A stretch of 64,000 bases of DNA, taken from assembly GCA_964610975.1 (NCBI GenBank), contig CAZSYN010000001.1, forward strand, positions 177,065 to 241,064, read 5' to 3'. The DNA is from an uncultured Phycisphaeraceae bacterium (GTDB taxonomy: Bacteria > Planctomycetota > Phycisphaerae > WQYP01). Made by a program: the position numbers and the translations under genes. The first letter of the stretch is position 1. Every line of letters begins with the position of its first letter. This document shows, piece after piece, positions 20,595 through 28,649 of this stretch. A model generated the notes under the pieces. It was not told where the DNA came from and made no database searches. It worked only from the letters and a program-made list of their open reading frames with translations.

Positions 20595-21642
20595 ACACCT
20601 TTAAATTCTCATCCGTCTGCTGATTATTCCCTGCGTTCTCGATAAGCATTTTGATGATCTGGTCCGCCTTGATGCCTTCGGCCTCGGCATTAAAGTTTGT
20701 CAGCACGCGGTGTCGCAGCGTCGGGTATGCCACCGCGCGGATATCTTCCGTGCTTACGTAATGTCTTCCGCTGAGCAGTGCGCGCGCTTTGCCTGCCAGC
20801 ACAAGGTACTGGCTTGCGCGTGGGCCGGCGCCCCAGCTTACGTAATCTTTGATGAATTTTGGCGTATCCGGTTGATTTAATCGTGTCATGCGCACAAGCT
20901 TGATGGCGTAACGCACAACGGCATCGGCCACAGGTACCTTGCGCACAATATCCTGAAGCGCCAGCACGTCCTCGGCCGAAAGCACATGACGCAGCTCAAC
21001 CTGGCGCGGCGCAGTCGTCAGCCGCACGATATCAAATTCTTCCTGTTCCGTCGGGTAGTTCACCAGCACATTAAACATAAACCGATCAAGCTGAGCTTCC
21101 GGCAGAGGGTACGTACCTTCCTGCTCAATGGGATTTTGCGTGGCCATGACAAAAAACGGCTCCGGCAAACGATGCTGCATACCGCCGGCCGTCACCTGAT
21201 GCTCCTGCATCGCCTCAAGCAGCGCAGCTTGTGTTTTTGGCGGTGTGCGGTTGATTTCGTCCGCCAAAATGGCATTGGCAAAGATCGGCCCTTTAACAAA
21301 TCGCAGTTTGCGCTGGCCTGTCGCGCGATCTTCATCAATCACCTCTGTTCCGGTAATGTCAGAAGGCATCAGGTCCGGCGTAAACTGTATGCGATTAAAT
21401 GATAGTGACAGCGTGCGCGCCAATGTTGAGATCAGCAGGGTTTTAGCAAGCCCAGGCACGCCGACCAGCAGGCAATGGCCTTTGCAAAATAGCGCGATAA
21501 GAAGCTCATCCACAACGGCGCTTTGCCCCACGATCACTTTTCCCAGTTCATTTTTCAGATCGTGATAGGCATTTTGCAGTTTTTGGACAGAATGCATTTC
21601 CTCGGCTGATAGTTCCGGCAGGGGAGCTGGTACATCGGTCAT
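20581..21642 (-). CDS. moxR: MoxR-family AAA+ ATPase.
   Basis: Walker A GVPGLAKT, Walker B LLADEINR, and MoxR-typical spacing and C-terminal domain. Confidence 0.9.
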   Translation of the reverse strand: MTDVPAPLPELSAEEMHSVQKLQNAYHDLKNELGKVIVGQSAVVDELLIALFCKGHCLLVGVPGLAKTLLISTLARTLSLSFNRIQFTPDLMPSDITGTEVIDEDRATGQRKLRFVKGPIFANAILADEINRTPPKTQAALLEAMQEHQVTAGGMQHRLPEPFFVMATQNPIEQEGTYPLPEAQLDRFMFNVLVNYPTEQEEFDIVRLTTAPRQVELRHVLSAEDVLALQDIVRKVPVADAVVRYAIKLVRMTRLNQPDTPKFIKDYVSWGAGPRASQYLVLAGKARALLSGRHYVSTEDIRAVAYPTLRHRVLTNFNAEAEGIKADQIIKMLIENAGNNQQTDENLKVFAKK

Positions 21643-21711
21643 ATATCAATTCCTGAAGTTAACTTATTTTTATCCGCTATCTTCTTTCTGCACTCTACCG
21701 TTTCCGGGCTT

Positions 21712-22128
21712 ATGAAGAAAGAAAAACTTGTCACTCAATCATTCACAACAAGACTTATAAAAGATACAATACGTACCATTGCTACGTGGGTTTCTACGGG
21801 TTCTTTTATATCAGACGCGGAAACAGCTATGAGGTTCTCACATAAGGCGCAGCAATTTTTGCTCGCCGCGTACATTCGCAAGCCAATTAAGCATCATCCG
21901 TTCGCTCCTGATGCCGTGGCGCGTCAGTGCGGTTTTAATACGGCGGATGTAGAGCATTTATTATCTGAACTTGCCAGGGGTGAGCTTATTCAGATCTCCC
22001 CTCAACTTGGCCGGGCCGTGCTGACGGATAAAGGCCGGCTGCTGGCTCTTCGTCTCATGCAAAAAAAACGACTCACCGACCCTTTAATTTCAACTTTCCG
22101 TAAATTGCGTAATATGATACGTGTATGA
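21712..22128 (+). CDS. Small hypothetical protein, possibly wHTH DNA-binding, divergent from the moxR operon.
   Basis: 138-aa ORF with a helix-turn-helix-like segment (ADVEHLLSELARGELIQ) followed by a probable wing. Its position suggests a local regulator. Confidence 0.45.
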   Translation: MKKEKLVTQSFTTRLIKDTIRTIATWVSTGSFISDAETAMRFSHKAQQFLLAAYIRKPIKHHPFAPDAVARQCGFNTADVEHLLSELARGELIQISPQLGRAVLTDKGRLLALRLMQKKRLTDPLISTFRKLRNMIRV

Positions 22129-22193
22129 TCCCTGGGCGGCATCGGGTTGCCTTGTGATCTTCATGTTGTATGATCCGTCTGTATATGGCGAAT

Positions 22194-22222
22194 CAGGCGA
22201 CTTTTAAGTCGCTTTTCGGAAA
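22194..22222 (+). terminator. Probable intrinsic terminator of the 21712..22128 gene.
   Basis: GGCGACTT-TTAA-GTCGC hairpin followed by TTTT. Confidence 0.4.
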
Positions 22223-22357
22223 CAGGAATATTGATTAAAATTTCCGTTTATAAGCCGATACAGGTGCTCCCGACCCCACGGCCTTTCGGCGCTTGCCTGA
22301 CGTTGGCTGCGCCACAGCAGGGCTCTGGCTGGGAACCAAAAGAGAGGAAGACGTAAA

Positions 22358-23716
22358 ATGCCCATTGAAATTGCGATGCCTAAACTTTCTGACACCATGA
22401 CCGATGGCACTCTGGTCAAGTGGCTTAAGAAAGAGGGCGACACCCTTAAGCCCGGCGACATCATCGCGGAAGTAGAAACAGACAAAGCCACACAGGAACT
22501 TGAGGCTTTTGAGGCCGGCATCATCGCCAAACAAGTTGTTGCCGAAGGCTCAAAAGTGCCCGTCGGCGGCGTGATTGTCGTCGTTGCCAAATCCGGCGAA
22601 GATGCCAAAGCCATCGGCGCCAATTACAAAGCATCTTCAGCACCCGCCAAAGCAACCCCGGCCCCGGCGCCTGTTGCCGCGCCGGCACAAGAAGAAACAG
22701 CACCTCCTGAACATCGCGTTACGTCTCCTGCCCCGGCCGCGGAATCTTCTGCGCCCGCCAAAGCTGAATTTGACGAAGGTTATGAACAAACCGCCGCAGG
22801 CGGACATGGCAAAATGCGTGTTTCTCCGCTGGCCCGTCGTTTGGCGGAAGAAAAAGGCGTTGATCTCTCGCAAGTTCGCGGCACCGGCCCGGATGGCCGC
22901 ATTGTTAAGCGCGACATTCTTGATGCCGCGGCAAATCCGCCGGCCCCAGCGCCTGCCGCATCCGCTCCACGTTCCGCAGTCCGCGCCCCGGCTCCCGTAC
23001 CGGCCGCGCCGGCGCCCAAGCTCGAAAGCAAAACTATTCCGCTTTCCTCCATGCGCCAGACGATTGCCCGCCGCCTGCTGCAAAGCAAGCAGACCATTCC
23101 GCACTTTTACGTCTCAATTGACGTTCAAATGGATAAACTTCTTGACCTTCGCAAGCAGGTCAACGAGCAGCTTGCTCCGGAGAAACTCTCCGTCACTGAT
23201 TTTGTCATCAAGGCCGTAGCCTCGGCCATTGCCCGCGTACCGGCCCTTAACGCCAGCTTTACTGATACCGCCATCACGCAGCACGGCTCGGTTGATCTTG
23301 GCGTGGCCGTGAGCCTTGAGGATGGTCTGGTTGTTCCGGTTATTCGTGGCTCTCAAAGCAAATCAGTCCGCCAGATTTCCGGCGAGTTCAAAAATCTTGT
23401 CGATCTGGCGCGGGCCAAAAAGCTCAAAATTCAGGATATGTCAGGCTCAACATTCACAATCTCGAATATGGGCATGTACGGCATCAAGGATTTTCAGGCC
23501 ATCGTTAACCCGCCGGAATCCGCGATTTTGGCCGTCGGCGGCACCGAATGGCGCCCGGTCGTTAAAGAAGTCGCCGGCAAACGCGAAATCGTCCCGGCCC
23601 AGGTCATGTCGCTCACGCTCAGCGCCGACCACCGCGTCGTTGACGGCGCCACCGGCGCCAAGTTCCTGACCGAGCTCAAAAACCTGATCGAAAATCCATT
23701 AACCTTGATCCTGTAA
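22358..23716 (+). CDS. Dihydrolipoamide acyltransferase (E2 component of a 2-oxo acid dehydrogenase complex).
   Basis: Lipoyl domain (ETDKAT), Ala/Pro linkers, peripheral-subunit-binding domain (SPLARRLA...GTGPDGRI) and a catalytic domain with the DHRVVDGA motif. No E1 or E3 gene is adjacent. Confidence 0.9.
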   Translation: MPIEIAMPKLSDTMTDGTLVKWLKKEGDTLKPGDIIAEVETDKATQELEAFEAGIIAKQVVAEGSKVPVGGVIVVVAKSGEDAKAIGANYKASSAPAKATPAPAPVAAPAQEETAPPEHRVTSPAPAAESSAPAKAEFDEGYEQTAAGGHGKMRVSPLARRLAEEKGVDLSQVRGTGPDGRIVKRDILDAAANPPAPAPAASAPRSAVRAPAPVPAAPAPKLESKTIPLSSMRQTIARRLLQSKQTIPHFYVSIDVQMDKLLDLRKQVNEQLAPEKLSVTDFVIKAVASAIARVPALNASFTDTAITQHGSVDLGVAVSLEDGLVVPVIRGSQSKSVRQISGEFKNLVDLARAKKLKIQDMSGSTFTISNMGMYGIKDFQAIVNPPESAILAVGGTEWRPVVKEVAGKREIVPAQVMSLTLSADHRVVDGATGAKFLTELKNLIENPLTLIL

Positions 23717-23720
23717 GTAT

Positions 23721-23748
23721 TTGACTTATCGTTATGTGGTGTAAAATA
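23721..23748 (+). promoter_or_regulatory. Sigma70-like promoter (TTGACT-16-TAAAAT) driving the low-GC two-gene cassette.
   Basis: Near-consensus -35 and -10 hexamers with a 16-nt spacer, about 70 nt upstream of the cassette start. Confidence 0.4.
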
Positions 23749-23819
23749 TTAAGTGTTGTTTTGATTGAGCGCTTTTGAATGCAGTGATAGGAATATCGTT
23801 TCGGTTAATTTAAATCTGA

Positions 23820-24419
23820 TTGGAACAGCGTATGATGAATCCAAGAGAGGTTCAGGGAACTTGGAGGCGCGGATGGACTTTGGATGTACATACAACATCA
23901 AGCGAATTTCTCGGTTATGATCAAAATGGTCATCCGCAATTTGACACGCAACGATCCGAGCTTGGCGAGTTGGTGTATCAGCTCAAATATAGAGGGCAAC
24001 GGAACGCGAATCAAATAGCGAAGATTATGGCTGATTTTTTTACCAATAAGCCAAATACTTTGGCAAGTATTGAAATCATTATTCCAATGCCGCCATCTTC
24101 AACTCGAAACGTACAGCCTGTTGCACTCATTGCTGCTTCGTTGGCGAGGAAATTGCATAAATGTTTTTCTCCTGAAGTAATCCGGAAGATACGCGAAACT
24201 TCAGCATTAAAAGAAATTTTTGATCAAGAACAACGACGTGAACTTTTAGATGGCGCATTTGAAGTTGATCGTACAAAAATTAACGGAAAAGGTGTTTTGC
24301 TGATTGATGATTTATATCGTTCGGGTGCCACAGCAAACGCTGTGACTTTTGCGTTAATGAAAGCTGGGGCGTCAAGGGTGTATTTCTTGGCTGTTACTCG
24401 CACAAGGAGTAACGCATGA
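23820..24419 (+). CDS. ComF-like phosphoribosyltransferase (type I PRTase fold) lacking the ComF zinc finger.
   Basis: PRTase PRPP-binding motif GKGVLLIDDLYRSGATANAV. ComF-family LKYRGQ motif. TTG start at 23820 (alternative ATG at 23832). Low-GC, AT-rich codons. Its stop overlaps the next start as ATGA. Confidence 0.75.
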   Translation: MEQRMMNPREVQGTWRRGWTLDVHTTSSEFLGYDQNGHPQFDTQRSELGELVYQLKYRGQRNANQIAKIMADFFTNKPNTLASIEIIIPMPPSSTRNVQPVALIAASLARKLHKCFSPEVIRKIRETSALKEIFDQEQRRELLDGAFEVDRTKINGKGVLLIDDLYRSGATANAVTFALMKAGASRVYFLAVTRTRSNA

Positions 24420-24925
24420 GTTGTGTATTTATCGGTGGTTCGCGTCGGTTATCTCGCATAAATACAGAGCTTGCCCAACGCCTTGATAATATTATAGAGC
24501 GTGGATTGTGCGTTTTAGTAGGTGATGCCAATGGATTTGATCGTGCTGCTCAATCTTATTTAGCGCAACATAACTACCATGCAGTAAAGGTTTATTGTAC
24601 GGCAGGTAAATGTCGCAATAATGTTGGCAATTGGATTCGCCATGATGTTGAATACTCAGGTCGTAGTCGAGGTCGTGAATTCTATACTGCCAAAGATGAT
24701 GTAATGCTACAAGATGCTGATTTCGGGCTATTTGCTTGGGATGGAATCAGCCTAGGTACTTGGCGAAATATACGAAAAATGGCAGAGCAAGGAAAACCTT
24801 CCGTCATATATATTTCATCAGGAAAGAAATCTATTATAATTAGGAATGCTTGTGAACTGACAGCTTTTTTAGATTCGTCTGCTGGAGTTCATGTGGCCGC
24901 GCCAATAGCCGGTTCACTTTTCTGA
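24416..24925 (+). CDS. Minimal DprA/Smf-like (SLOG superfamily) Rossmann-fold protein.
   Basis: VFIGGSRRL beta-strand and glycine loop. LVGDANGFDRAAQSYL matches the DprA (V)SG.A.G(I)D.AAH..AL block. C-terminal WDGISLGTWRNI...GKPSVIY resembles the LOG/DprA PGG.GT..E region. Only 169 aa, so no SAM or winged-helix domains. Confidence 0.7.
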   Translation: MSCVFIGGSRRLSRINTELAQRLDNIIERGLCVLVGDANGFDRAAQSYLAQHNYHAVKVYCTAGKCRNNVGNWIRHDVEYSGRSRGREFYTAKDDVMLQDADFGLFAWDGISLGTWRNIRKMAEQGKPSVIYISSGKKSIIIRNACELTAFLDSSAGVHVAAPIAGSLF

Positions 24926-24979
24926 TTGTAAGACAAAATATCGGTTCAGGTGGTACGCGACTATGCTATTTATAACCAC

Positions 24980-25008
24980 TTGACGCCTCTTGCCTTGCGT
25001 CGTAAAAT
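24980..25008 (+). promoter_or_regulatory. Strong sigma70-like promoter of rpsB (TTGACG-17-TAAAAT), followed by an about 190-nt structured leader.
   Basis: Consensus-like hexamers with a 17-nt spacer. The leader contains the TTGAGGGTGAGCCCTCAA hairpin, consistent with the autoregulated S2 leader architecture. Confidence 0.55.
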
Positions 25009-25199
25009 ACCCGTCCCGATTCAAGTTGCGGCCATCGCAATAACGCTTGAGTGTTAATGCGACGGCTTTTTGTTTTTATCCGGGGTTCTTCGGCCACGTT
25101 GCCGTAACCCACGAATTAAGCGGCACTAAGAATTGTTGAGGGTGAGCCCTCAAGCGAATCGGCGATTCTGAACCCGCTGCTTTTGGAGTTCTTTCTCTC

Positions 25200-26051
25200 A
25201 TGGCAAATGCTCAGTTAGCTAAAGACCTGGTTGATGCTGGTATTCATTTCGGCCACCGCGCTAGTCGCTGGAATCCGAAGATGAAGCCGTACATCTACGG
25301 CAAGCGCAACCTTATCCATATCATTGACGTCCGCGAAACCCTCAAGGGTTTGCTGGCCGCCAAGCGTTTCCTCAACAAAATGATTGCCGCCGGCAAAGAC
25401 GTAGTGCTTGTTGGCACCAAGCGTCAGGCCCGTTCGGTCATTGAAGATACCGGCAAGCGCGCCGGCATGCCGTATGTCTGCGAACGTTGGCTCGGCGGCA
25501 CGCTGACCAACTACCGCACCGTCCGCAGCCGTTTGCAGCGCCTTGAAGAGCTTGAAAAAACTCTTCAGAGCCCGGACGTTCACAAGAACTTCTCAAAGAA
25601 AATGGAAAGCTCGCTCAAGCGCGAGTATCGCAAGATTCTGCGTAACCTTGAAGGCGTCCGCACAATGGATCGCCTGCCGGGCGCAATCTTTGTTGTTGAC
25701 GTTCGCCGCGAGCACAATGCGATCAAGGAAGCCCGCAAGCTTGGCATTCCGGTCATCGCACTGATTGATACCGATAGCGATCCGGATATGGTTGATATCG
25801 CCATTCCGGGTAATGATGACGCCATGCGCGCCATTGAGATCGTGCTTCGCGAAGTTGGCGATGCCGTGATTGAAGGCAAGGCCGGCCGCTCGCACAAGTC
25901 GGGCGATGAAGGCAAGGGCGAAGAGGGCGGCCGTCAGGATCGTCCGCGTCGTCGCCGCTCAACTTCAGCTCAGTCTGAAGCTGAACTGGCCGAAAAGGCC
26001 GCCGCTGCTCCGGAAGCTGCCGCTCCGGCTGCTCCGGCCAGCAATGCCTGA
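25200..26051 (+). CDS. rpsB: 30S ribosomal protein S2 with an about 50-aa charged Ala/Pro-rich C-terminal tail.
   Basis: Conserved S2 blocks ([27 protein letters not shown]). No tsf gene follows. Confidence 0.95.
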   Translation: MANAQLAKDLVDAGIHFGHRASRWNPKMKPYIYGKRNLIHIIDVRETLKGLLAAKRFLNKMIAAGKDVVLVGTKRQARSVIEDTGKRAGMPYVCERWLGGTLTNYRTVRSRLQRLEELEKTLQSPDVHKNFSKKMESSLKREYRKILRNLEGVRTMDRLPGAIFVVDVRREHNAIKEARKLGIPVIALIDTDSDPDMVDIAIPGNDDAMRAIEIVLREVGDAVIEGKAGRSHKSGDEGKGEEGGRQDRPRRRRSTSAQSEAELAEKAAAAPEAAAPAAPASNA

Positions 26052-26090
26052 GCGCATCATACCTGCGGCATGCCGCAGTGATGATCAGCA

Positions 26091-26132
26091 AAAATTAAAA
26101 GGGCGATCCGAGAAATCGGGTCGCCCTTTTTT
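26091..26132. terminator. Bidirectional intrinsic terminator downstream of rpsB and of the convergent receiver gene.
   Basis: GGGCGATCCGAG/TCGGGTCGCCC stem flanked by an A-run and T6. Confidence 0.6.
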
Positions 26133-26176
26133 GTATCTCGCACCGATAAGCTTTCGTCTGCGGCCATTTGATTTTT

Positions 26177-26250
26177 CTTTCCGCGTCTCAGCGCCTCCGC
26201 GTGAGATCCCGCCTTCTTTTTTCACGCGGAGCCACGGAGACGCGGAGAGA
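26177..26250. repeat. REP-like palindromic intergenic element, copy B.
   Basis: CTTTCCGCGTCTCAGCGCCTCCGCGTGAGA ... TTTTTTCACGCGGAGCCACGGAGACGCGGAGAG. It has the same architecture and position (immediately after a terminator, between convergent genes) as copy A. Confidence 0.55.
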
Positions 26251-26295
26251 AAAAAAGAGAAAGATGATGTGCCTGTCATACGGACTAAAAATAGG

Positions 26296-26754
26296 TCAAA
26301 TAGATGATCCGGCGATCTCACATTCATTAACGGAACCACGCGCGCGAAATTCTTCAACCGTCAATGTGAGCCACACGATAAATCCCTCAATATCCTGTAG
26401 CGGCTTGGCAATGTATGCATCCGCGCCTGATGTGCTGAGGAATCGTTCCGCATCGCCGTTCATGCAGTGAGCCGTCAGCAAAACCACCGGTGTTTTGATT
26501 GGGGTATTCTGTTGCATCTTGATGATTTGTCTTGTCAGCTCAAGGCCGTCAACCGGCTCGTCATGCAGAGTTGAGTTAGTCAGCGTGATATCCATCAGCA
26601 CCAGGTCAATATCACCCGTGCGGATAATATCCAAAATAGCTTCGCCATTTTCCTCAAACACTCCGTCAATGCATCCGGAGAGCCGAAAAATGTTAGAGAG
26701 AACCATTTTGTTCCCAGGATCATCTTCAACCGCTAAAACTCGATAGCGTTGCAT
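26296..26754 (-). CDS. Stand-alone response-regulator receiver (CheY-like) protein.
   Basis: Receiver hallmarks: acidic pocket (VEDD), phospho-acceptor Asp in LVLMDITL, T/S and K (AKP) positions. No output domain. Confidence 0.8.
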   Translation of the reverse strand: MQRYRVLAVEDDPGNKMVLSNIFRLSGCIDGVFEENGEAILDIIRTGDIDLVLMDITLTNSTLHDEPVDGLELTRQIIKMQQNTPIKTPVVLLTAHCMNGDAERFLSTSGADAYIAKPLQDIEGFIVWLTLTVEEFRARGSVNECEIAGSSI

Positions 26755-26979
26755 ATCACCTCATTGCCATCGGAACGGCCGCAGGATAACGACTCAATGA
26801 CGTCACAATACATTCAAACTGAAAAAATTAAAAGAAATTACCTGTTAAAGACTGCCCCACAAAACGAAACGGTGATTATCGGCAAATCGTTCCCATGAAT
26901 GCTTGATGTTTCGGCTTAATTTTTATAGAGCTTTGTTTTCTACGCCCAAAATGCGGCTTTTACCGCACCCCTTTTGCGG

Positions 26980-27711
26980 TTACTCCAGGTGCAGGCCGCA
27001 TTCTTTTTTGCTTAGCCCAGCCCATCGGCCGGAGCGTGTATCATCGCCCATCGTGACCGGCCTGGTGCAGGTTTCCGGCCGGCAGCCGATGCTCGTATAT
27101 CCTTTTTCCCACAGCGGATGATACGGCAGGCCGTATTGCTTCATATATGCGTGAACATGGCGGTTATTCCATCGCAGAATCGGGCTGATGGCCCAGCAAT
27201 TATTGCGTTTACTCCACTGAACAATATGCATGTTCTGGCGCGTTTCGGATTGATCCGCGCGCACGCCGCGCAACCATCCGGCCGGGGCCAGTTCCCTCAT
27301 CGCGCGATCAAAAGGCTCGTTTTTGTTGGCCGCGCAGCAGGCCTCAACATTATTCCGATGTGCAGGGTCCGGTTCGCCGTTGATGCTCAGCCACGTCAGC
27401 GGATCATGATTGGCGCGATATTCGACAATATTCAAATTGAAGCGCTGAGCCATTTCCTGCTTAAAGCGAATTGTTTCTTCAAACAGATAGCCCGTATCAA
27501 TAAACACCACGCGAATATCCGGGAGAACCTGTTGAGCAAGATGAATCGTGCACATGCTTTCGGCGCCAAAACTGCTGGTAAGGATAATGCCGCCCGAAAG
27601 AGGACCAAAGTAATCAATCGCCCAGCGCACAATCTCTGTGGGATCGGCATTATTAAACTTGTCGTTGATTGAGGCAAGTTCGTCCGCGGAAAACATCACC
27701 TGCTGATTCAT
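26980..27711 (-). CDS. cysH: Phosphoadenosine phosphosulfate (PAPS) reductase.
   Basis: PAPS-reductase fold blocks (SSFGAES, VVFIDTGYLFEET) and the C-terminal KECGLH motif. No CC..RK Fe-S motif, hence PAPS-type rather than APS-type. Confidence 0.85.
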   Translation of the reverse strand: MNQQVMFSADELASINDKFNNADPTEIVRWAIDYFGPLSGGIILTSSFGAESMCTIHLAQQVLPDIRVVFIDTGYLFEETIRFKQEMAQRFNLNIVEYRANHDPLTWLSINGEPDPAHRNNVEACCAANKNEPFDRAMRELAPAGWLRGVRADQSETRQNMHIVQWSKRNNCWAISPILRWNNRHVHAYMKQYGLPYHPLWEKGYTSIGCRPETCTRPVTMGDDTRSGRWAGLSKKECGLHLE

Positions 27712-27740
27712 GGCATGATTCCTTGCTGCATGCGCCGATT

Positions 27741-28643
27741 TTATACAAATTCCCGATGCCTGATTTGCCTGTATTTTGCTTCAAGACGATCAAGCACTTC
27801 AATGGGCACGCGCACATTACTCCGGCCGAGTCCTAATTTAACATCCGGTTTGGGACTGCCATGAAAATCAGAACCGCCGGTGGGTATCAGCGCGTATTTT
27901 TTGGCCAGTTCAAGACACAGCGCAGTCATGCGTTCATCATGATCCGAATGCCAGCACTCAATGCCGTCAATACCCGCGTCAGCCAAATTGCTGATGATGT
28001 TGGCAAGGTGCGCGTGGTTTTCCGCCTTCAGATGCACTGAATGCGCAACAGTCGCCAATCCGCCGGCCGCATGAATAAAATCAATCGCCTGGCGCGGGCT
28101 CAGGCGTTCTTTTGAAAAATAGGCCGCGCCGGTTGTGCCCAGGTAGGTATCAAAAGCATCCTTGATGTTGGCCACGCAATTCGCCTCAAGCAGGGCCTGT
28201 GCGATGTGCGGACGTGCAATCACCACCGGTTTGCCGGCCGGAACATTGCGCCGCGCAATCGCCTCAACCTGCGCCATCGTAATACGGCAACCGAGTTCAT
28301 TGAGCCGCGCGACAATTTTGGGATTGCGCGCATCGCGCGCGGCCAGCAGTTGAACAGACATTTCCTTAAGCGCCGGCGAATCCGGATCAATAAAATGTCC
28401 TAGTATGTGCAGTTGTCCCGGCGTGGGAAACTCGGCCGAAATTTCAATGCCCGGCACAAATTTTAATCCCAGAACCTGCGCCTCGGCCGCGGCTTCTTTA
28501 AGTCCGTTGCCGGTGTCATGATCCGTCAACGCAATACCCGCAAGGCCCGCCGCTTTGGCGCTGCGCATTAACTGCGTCGGCGTCAGCGTGCCATCAGAGG
28601 CCGTGGAGTGCGTATGCAAATCGACGAAAAGTTCTGTCATCAT
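27741..28643 (-). CDS. PHP-domain phosphoesterase, probable 3',5'-bisphosphonucleotide (pAp) phosphatase (CysQ analogue).
   Basis: N-terminal DLHTHSTASDG PHP metal-binding motif and further His/Asp ligands. It sits between cysC and cysH in the same operon. Confidence 0.75.
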   Translation of the reverse strand: MMTELFVDLHTHSTASDGTLTPTQLMRSAKAAGLAGIALTDHDTGNGLKEAAAEAQVLGLKFVPGIEISAEFPTPGQLHILGHFIDPDSPALKEMSVQLLAARDARNPKIVARLNELGCRITMAQVEAIARRNVPAGKPVVIARPHIAQALLEANCVANIKDAFDTYLGTTGAAYFSKERLSPRQAIDFIHAAGGLATVAHSVHLKAENHAHLANIISNLADAGIDGIECWHSDHDERMTALCLELAKKYALIPTGGSDFHGSPKPDVKLGLGRSNVRVPIEVLDRLEAKYRQIRHREFV

Positions 28644-28649
28644 ATTCTC

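Noticed and set aside
23710-24932. Possible short direct repeat (TGTAAG) at both edges of the low-GC cassette, considered as att-like target duplication.
   Set aside because: Only 6 bp are shared; both copies are simply TAA stop codon contexts. That is too short to support an integration-site claim.
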